Shown: one piece after another, positions 58,818-64,000 of the stretch
Layout: each line of letters starts with the position of its first letter
Position numbering within the stretch: position 1 is the first letter of the stretch
Program-made: the position numbers and the translations under genes
Origin: an uncultured SAR86 cluster bacterium
GTDB lineage: Bacteria > Pseudomonadota > Gammaproteobacteria > Magnimaribacterales > D2472
Direction: 5' to 3'
DNA: 64,000 nt
NCBI GenBank assembly: GCA_902520495.1
Contig: CABYNW010000002.1
Span: 67,785 to 131,784 of the forward strand
Notes under the pieces: generated by a model
Told to the model about the DNA's origin: nothing
Database searches by the model: none
What the model saw: only the letters and a program-made list of their open reading frames with translations

Positions 58818-59971
58818 TGAAAACATATCTAACTTATCCTACTAGCTCAGATCTAAATTGTGGAATATTTCACAATGATGAGGATAACTATAAAAAATCA
58901 AATATTTTCAATAATTTCAGTGAGTTTGAATCTCTTACTCATGACGATATGCTAATTTACTTAATACCCTCAAATTTAATAAGTAGTTATATATTTAAAC
59001 AAAATAAAACTCTTTCTTCTCAAAATAATTTAGCTAACTTCATAGCTGAAATTGAGGGCAATATAGTCAACGATGTTTCTGATAATGAATTCTTTCTTAT
59101 AAACAACATTGGTTTTGTTATGGATAAGTTAATTTTTCAAACGTTAAACGAATCCTTAAGTTCACTAAAGTGTAAAACTATATTACTTCCAGATTATTTT
59201 TTAAATAATAAAACTAACTCAGATTCTATTACTGAATTTAATAACAAATTCTTAATAGCATTCTCAGATGGAACCGGTACCTCAATAAACAAAGATTCTC
59301 TAGAACAATACATACATATATTAAAAAATACATACCCAGATTTTAATCCAGTTATTTCTATTAAAAATAGTGAAATCCAAAAACTATTCCAAAATCATAA
59401 AACTGATTCAGTATTTAATATTAAGAGCTTTTTTGAACAAGATGTCAGCGCTTTACCCAATCTATTTAAATTTAATATCTCAATTAAAAGCATTTTAAAA
59501 AAATTAAATTTTTCAAAAACTGAGATGTGCATATGCACTTTTCTTTTAATTTCTGTATTTGCTTTACCATATTCATTAGTAGCAATTAATAATAACTACA
59601 TAAATACCTATAAAGATGAAACTTTCAAACTATTTAAACTAATTGATAAAAATACCAAAAGGGTAGTAACGCCAAAAATACAAATAGATCAATTAATACA
59701 GCAGGTTCCTGTTGCCTATAATCCACAAAATAATGTATCAAATTTTTCAAATCTAGAGTTTTTAACTGTACTAGGTGATAAATTTATTGATAAAGTTGAA
59801 ATAGATTTTGCAACCAATTCAGCTATTCTAAACATTAACAACATGCCTGAAATGCAATACAGCTTAATAAAAGGAATTGCGAAGAGATTTGATGTAGCGG
59901 TTATAAATGAAGATATGACTTTTACAAATAACCTTTCCTCTGGGTCAATTAAAATTGAATTTAAACAATGA
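58817..59971 (+). CDS. gspL: GspL-like T2SS assembly protein
   Basis: It is 384 aa with a single central TM helix (MCICTFLLISVFALPYSLVAI). It lies between gspK and gspM. The sequence is highly divergent. Confidence 0.5.
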   Translation: MKTYLTYPTSSDLNCGIFHNDEDNYKKSNIFNNFSEFESLTHDDMLIYLIPSNLISSYIFKQNKTLSSQNNLANFIAEIEGNIVNDVSDNEFFLINNIGFVMDKLIFQTLNESLSSLKCKTILLPDYFLNNKTNSDSITEFNNKFLIAFSDGTGTSINKDSLEQYIHILKNTYPDFNPVISIKNSEIQKLFQNHKTDSVFNIKSFFEQDVSALPNLFKFNISIKSILKKLNFSKTEMCICTFLLISVFALPYSLVAINNNYINTYKDETFKLFKLIDKNTKRVVTPKIQIDQLIQQVPVAYNPQNNVSNFSNLEFLTVLGDKFIDKVEIDFATNSAILNINNMPEMQYSLIKGIAKRFDVAVINEDMTFTNNLSSGSIKIEFKQ

Positions 59972-60411
59972 ATAGTTTTATAAATAATCTTAATAAAAGA
60001 GAAAAATATTTAATTTTTTTAGCCTTAGCTGCAATATTAATTTTTTTTATATTTTCAATTTCAAGTAATCTAATTAGTTCAGTCAATTCATCTAACAAAC
60101 AATTAGCAAAAGTAAAAAATGACTATGAATATGTTGTTGCTAAGATCGAAGTCCTTAATCAATCTCTTGTAAATTCAAAACTAAATATCACTGATATAAG
60201 TTCCTTTTTACAAAATGAAAAATCAAATCTTGTAATTAATAGTGAGGTTCTTAAAGAGGAAGATTATCTAAAGATAAACTTTTTAACAAAAAACCTACAA
60301 GATTCTATAGCTATTTCAGATGAAGTTTCAGCCAAATTAAATATGAACTTAAAAATGGTTGAATACACTAAAATTGATAATCAATCTCAAACTATCCTTT
60401 ATTTTAATTAG
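59968..60411 (+). CDS. gspM: GspM-like T2SS protein
   Basis: It is 147 aa with one N-terminal TM helix (YLIFLALAAILIFFIFSI). It is the terminal gene of the operon. Confidence 0.5.
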   Translation: MNSFINNLNKREKYLIFLALAAILIFFIFSISSNLISSVNSSNKQLAKVKNDYEYVVAKIEVLNQSLVNSKLNITDISSFLQNEKSNLVINSEVLKEEDYLKINFLTKNLQDSIAISDEVSAKLNMNLKMVEYTKIDNQSQTILYFN

Positions 60412-61039
60412 TCTTAAAGCAGAACTTATACAAGACAAAAGCTAGGATTCCTCCAATGATTTCTGCAATACAAAAGAACATAACATTTTCAGGACTTATT
60501 CCTGCAAAGGAGTCTGAAAACATTCTGCCCATTGTTCCTGCTGGATTTGCAAATGATGTTGAAGATGTAAACCAATACGCTGAACCTATATATGATGCAA
60601 CAACTATTGCTATTTTTTCTTTTTTTGAAATTAATATAAAAAATACTAGTCCAAAAGATGCTATTGCCTCAGCAACAAGAATATTTAAACCAGATCTATC
60701 TTTTTGTGAAAATTCAAAATTTTCTATACCAAACATATAATTTGCAGCTAAAACTCCAGCTATGGCACCACTTATTTGTAAAAAAATAAATATTATTAAA
60801 GTCGTCAGTGAGATCTTTTGATCTAAATAAATTACAAAAGATACTATTGGATTAAAATGATTGCTAAATGAATTAAAAGCTGTAATTAAAAAATATAATG
60901 CAAAAAATGTTGCAATAGTATTTATCAAAAGTATAAGAGCTTGATCGCCTGTGCTTAAATTTTCTGCCATAATGCCAGAACCAACAACGGCACAAAACAA
61001 AAACCCAGTCCCTAAAAATTCAGCAATGTATTTATCCAT
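60404..61039 (-). CDS. MIP/aquaporin-family channel (short, 211 aa)
   Basis: It has AEFLGTGFLF and six hydrophobic segments. The first signature reads HFNPIVS (NPI rather than NPA), and the second is ANPAGTMGR. Confidence 0.75.
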   Translation of the reverse strand: MDKYIAEFLGTGFLFCAVVGSGIMAENLSTGDQALILLINTIATFFALYFLITAFNSFSNHFNPIVSFVIYLDQKISLTTLIIFIFLQISGAIAGVLAANYMFGIENFEFSQKDRSGLNILVAEAIASFGLVFFILISKKEKIAIVVASYIGSAYWFTSSTSFANPAGTMGRMFSDSFAGISPENVMFFCIAEIIGGILAFVLYKFCFKTN

Positions 61040-61078
61040 TTAACTTCCTAAAAAAATAATTTTATTCTATTTTGAATA

Positions 61079-61939
61079 TTAGTCTTTATAAATTGATATT
61101 TTTTTTGAATAAAGCTCATTAAATGTTTTTACAGCAATTGAATCTGAAACACCCCATTTAGTTGATCGAATTTCTTTAATTTTTAATTGGTTAATAATTC
61201 TCTCGAATATTATCATTGCATAATCAATAACATCAGCACGGTCCTCAGAAAAATTATATTTCTTTATTTTTTCATCAATATTTAAACCTTTTAGATTCTT
61301 AGCATTTTTAATGAAGTCTTTTGAGGACATTTTTTTAGATTTATTTATATTCAAAAACGCTTTTATATTTCCTCCTAAACCAATTAACGTATCAATATTT
61401 TCTTGCTCAGCAAGCCATTTATTCATTCTTTTCCATTCAGATTTTTTATCCTTTTTTAGCATTAAACGCACAGCACCTAATTGAAAAGATTGAATTGAAT
61501 GTTTACCATTTTCATAAATATAACATTCAGTACTACCGCCCCCAGCATCGACATATATCTTATTGATATTCGATTGAGCTTTTGGATGATAGCTAATTAA
61601 CTTTGCTTCCTCTAGACCAGAAATTATTCTTACTGGATGATTTATTTTATTTTCTAGATATCGTCTAGCATCTTCAGAATTATTACTATTTCGAAGGGCG
61701 CTAGTCGCAACTATTTCATATAATTCAATTCCTTCATTTCTAAAAGTTTTTTGATATTTTTTGATTGTTTTTACTAACTCTTTAAGCTTAGCATCTGAAA
61801 GGTATCCATTTTTAAAAACTTCTTCTCCAAGTCTGATAGGCGACCGAATACCTCCTATAAAACTTATAGATGAGGGACTTGTTTCAAATATTTTAGATTT
61901 AATCGCATTAGTACCTATATCAATTGAAGCAATCTTCAT
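61079..61939 (-). CDS. ppx: Ppx/GppA-family phosphatase (N-terminal actin-like domains only)
   Basis: IASIDIGTNAIKSKIF, ATSALRNSNN and DAGGGSTE are present. It is 286 aa. Confidence 0.75.
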   Translation of the reverse strand: MKIASIDIGTNAIKSKIFETSPSSISFIGGIRSPIRLGEEVFKNGYLSDAKLKELVKTIKKYQKTFRNEGIELYEIVATSALRNSNNSEDARRYLENKINHPVRIISGLEEAKLISYHPKAQSNINKIYVDAGGGSTECYIYENGKHSIQSFQLGAVRLMLKKDKKSEWKRMNKWLAEQENIDTLIGLGGNIKAFLNINKSKKMSSKDFIKNAKNLKGLNIDEKIKKYNFSEDRADVIDYAMIIFERIINQLKIKEIRSTKWGVSDSIAVKTFNELYSKKISIYKD

Positions 61940-62772
61940 GAATCAGTATATTTGCTTAGAACAATAAATTGTTCGTAAGATAGGTTTTCAAAGTTTGTGC
62001 CCTCTAAATCTATAGAATAATTATTTAAAGACTTTGACCACTTAGTGGGTTTGAGTATTTTTTTACCTTCATACTCTGTTTTGATAAGTAAATATCTCAA
62101 TGATGTTAGTCGTGCGATCATTTTATTATTAGAATTAATTGAGATCCATGGATTTTTTTTAGAGCTTGTTCTATCAAACATCTGTTCTTTGTATAGAGTA
62201 AAGGCATTCCATTTAGTTATAATTTTTTCATCATTTTTAGATAACTTCCAATATTTGAGTTCTGAATTCTTTCTTGCTTTCATTCTTATTTGTTGTTGAT
62301 CTTTTGATAAAGAGAAATAGAATTTTGTAAGCTCAACTCCTTGCTGTGCTTGTTCCTCCTCCCAGTTGTTGACCCGTTTCATAAAAGATCTATATTGATT
62401 TTCTGTGCAATAACCCATAATTGGTTCTGTTATAGCTCGTGTATACCATGACCTATCAAGAAATGAGATTTTACCGCTTTTAGGTAATGTTTTTTTCCAT
62501 CTTTGGAACCAATGAGAAGACTCCCACTTAGTTGGAATACCAAGTTGAACATAGTTAAAGTGTTGCGGCCTTAAATATTCAGAAAAAAATCTTATAGCAG
62601 TGCTCTTACCAGCTGTATCTCTCCCTTCAAAAATAATGCATAATTTTCGATTATTCTTAATGACATCTTCTTGAAGCTTTAATAGCTCAATTCTTAATCT
62701 TCTTTTCTCACGGTCATACGATTTAGCATCTAGGCTTTTGTATTCACTTTGATCTAGGGAGATGAGACTCAT
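61936..62772 (-). CDS. ppk2: Polyphosphate kinase 2 (single-domain)
   Basis: It has Walker A FEGRDTAGKST, WFQRW and DRSWYTRA. Its stop overlaps the ppx start. Confidence 0.88.
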   Translation of the reverse strand: MSLISLDQSEYKSLDAKSYDREKRRLRIELLKLQEDVIKNNRKLCIIFEGRDTAGKSTAIRFFSEYLRPQHFNYVQLGIPTKWESSHWFQRWKKTLPKSGKISFLDRSWYTRAITEPIMGYCTENQYRSFMKRVNNWEEEQAQQGVELTKFYFSLSKDQQQIRMKARKNSELKYWKLSKNDEKIITKWNAFTLYKEQMFDRTSSKKNPWISINSNNKMIARLTSLRYLLIKTEYEGKKILKPTKWSKSLNNYSIDLEGTNFENLSYEQFIVLSKYTDS

Positions 62773-62896
62773 AATTGATTGTTTATAAATTGATATGACA
62801 TATATTACTATTCAAAAACTAATTATTCCTCTTATAAAATGTTTTTATGCAACATTTGTATGAAATTCACAATATATTTCATAAAATTTTCATTTT

Positions 62897-62931
62897 AGTA
62901 ACATATTTGTCACGTTGAGAGCATTTAATAT
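62897..62931 (+). promoter_or_regulatory. Pho-box-like site plus -10 upstream of pit
   Basis: AGTAACA-tatt-TGTCACG (heptamers at 62897 and 62908, 11-bp phasing) is followed 11 bp later by TAATAT (62926-62931). Confidence 0.4.
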
Positions 62932-62961
62932 TCAAGTAATTTTAATAAAACTTAAATAATT

Positions 62962-64000
62962 ATGGAAAACTTATTTTTAGACCCAACAATAATATTATTA
63001 ATCGCAGCCTTTGCTGGTTTTTTTATGGCATTTGGCATTGGTGCAAACGATGTTGCTAACGCGATGGGAACATCGGTTGGTAGTAAAGCAATAACATTTA
63101 CACAAGCAATATTTATTGCTGCAATATTTGAATTTCTTGGAGCATATTTAGCGGGTGGAGAGGTAACCTCTACAATTCGAAAAGGAATCGTCGACCCAGG
63201 CTTATATTCTGGAAATGAAAATATTTTTATAATCGGAATGATGTCAGCATTATTTGCGGCAGCCACTTGGTTACTTATAGCGAGCATTAAAGGTTGGCCA
63301 GTTTCAACGACTCACTCAATTGTTGGCTCTATTGTTGGTTTCGTAATTATTTCACTTGGTTTTAGTGCAGTTTCATGGGGAAAAGTTGGGCTTATAGCTG
63401 CAAGCTGGGTTACTTCGCCTGCTATTGCTGGAACTTTAGCATTTGGTATATTCCTTAGTGCAAAAAAATTAATCTTAGATAGAAGAGATCCCTCTCAAGC
63501 GGCAGTATCATTTATACCTTTTTATAGTTTTTTTACTGGTTTTACAATTGCACTTGTAACAATAAATAAAGGTTTAAAGTATGTCATCAAAGATAACAAA
63601 GAAGATTTAAGTGATTGGGTATTATGGTTAGTTGGAACAAATACTGGAACTTTAATAGGTGCTGCAGTAATTGGTTTAATAGTAGCAATTGTTACAGCAA
63701 TTTTATTAAATGTTAATAAAGATAAAATCAGGGAGTACGGAGTTGAGTCAGCCTTTGCTGTCCTTATGATTGTTACTGCTTCTGCAATGGCATTTGCTCA
63801 TGGATCTAACGATGTTGCTAATGCAATTGGTCCTATGTCAGCAATAATTAGCGTTGCTTCTGAAGGAGCTATTGGAGCAAAAACAGCTGTAAGTCCTTGG
63901 GTTCTTTTAATTGGTGGTGTTGGTATTGTATTTGGGCTAGCCATGCTTGGTGGAAGAGTGATTAAGACTGTTGGTACAAAAATTACTCATCTAACTCCTA
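62962..64000 (+). CDS. pit: Inorganic phosphate transporter, PiT family (3' end outside the window)
   Basis: My own translation from the ATG at 62962 reads MENLFLDPTIILLIAAFAGFFMAFGIGANDVANAMGTSVGSKAIT..., with a second HGSNDVANAIGP repeat near 63800. It is absent from the ORF track because there is no stop codon in the window. Confidence 0.88.
   Translation, partial: MENLFLDPTIILLIAAFAGFFMAFGIGANDVANAMGTSVGSKAITFTQAIFIAAIFEFLGAYLAGGEVTSTIRKGIVDPGLYSGNENIFIIGMMSALFAAATWLLIASIKGWPVSTTHSIVGSIVGFVIISLGFSAVSWGKVGLIAASWVTSPAIAGTLAFGIFLSAKKLILDRRDPSQAAVSFIPFYSFFTGFTIALVTINKGLKYVIKDNKEDLSDWVLWLVGTNTGTLIGAAVIGLIVAIVTAILLNVNKDKIREYGVESAFAVLMIVTASAMAFAHGSNDVANAIGPMSAIISVASEGAIGAKTAVSPWVLLIGGVGIVFGLAMLGGRVIKTVGTKITHLTP

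Overview
The window is AT-rich, with roughly 30% G+C by eye, and very densely coded. Intergenic spacers are short, many stop/start codons overlap, and GC-rich hairpin terminators stand out clearly. It looks like chromosome from a streamlined marine gammaproteobacterium. A SAR86-like lineage is only a guess from composition and gene content. I see no rRNA, CRISPR array, transposase, integrase or phage genes.

Contents, in order:
- **1-4.5 kb:** a suhB fragment, trmJ, tRNA-Glu, and small secreted or ABM/NTF2-like proteins with a PhoD-like phosphatase.
- **7.3-13.7 kb:** alanine dehydrogenase, an SDR, a steroid-5-alpha-reductase-like protein, and a translationally coupled GMC oxidoreductase-lipoprotein-rhodanese-patatin unit.
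- **13.8-19.6 kb:** a TonB-dependent receptor, a cadherin-like/M64-like zinc-metalloprotease lipoprotein and a small secreted protein.
- **19.6-24 kb:** tRNA-Gly(GCC), then secreted proteins of unknown function, an esterase and an FAD monooxygenase.
- **24-27.7 kb:** malate synthase G, a DUF1330 protein and an indoleamine-2,3-dioxygenase-like gene.
- **27.7-28.0 kb:** an unusual purine-rich non-coding element bounded by a promoter and a terminator.
- **28-37.9 kb:** pyk-aceE-aceF, followed by a Na+/solute symporter, a GH3 beta-glucosidase and glucokinase.
- **37.9-48.7 kb:** an L33-like mini-protein, a CinA-like/NMNAT fusion, a photolyase-related protein, tRNA-Gly(UCC), prepilin peptidase, ggt and two acyl-CoA synthetases.
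- **48.8-64 kb:** a phosphate-themed block. It runs phoB-phoR, 11-bp phased Pho-box-like repeats, a complete gspC-M type II secretion operon, a MIP channel, ppx-ppk2 and a pit transporter with its own Pho-box-like site.

The most interesting candidates are the orphan RNA-like element upstream of pyk, the apparently Pho-controlled minimal T2SS, and a lineage-specific family of secreted tandem-module proteins. All homology calls come from reading the translated ORFs and recalling family motifs. No database search was run.
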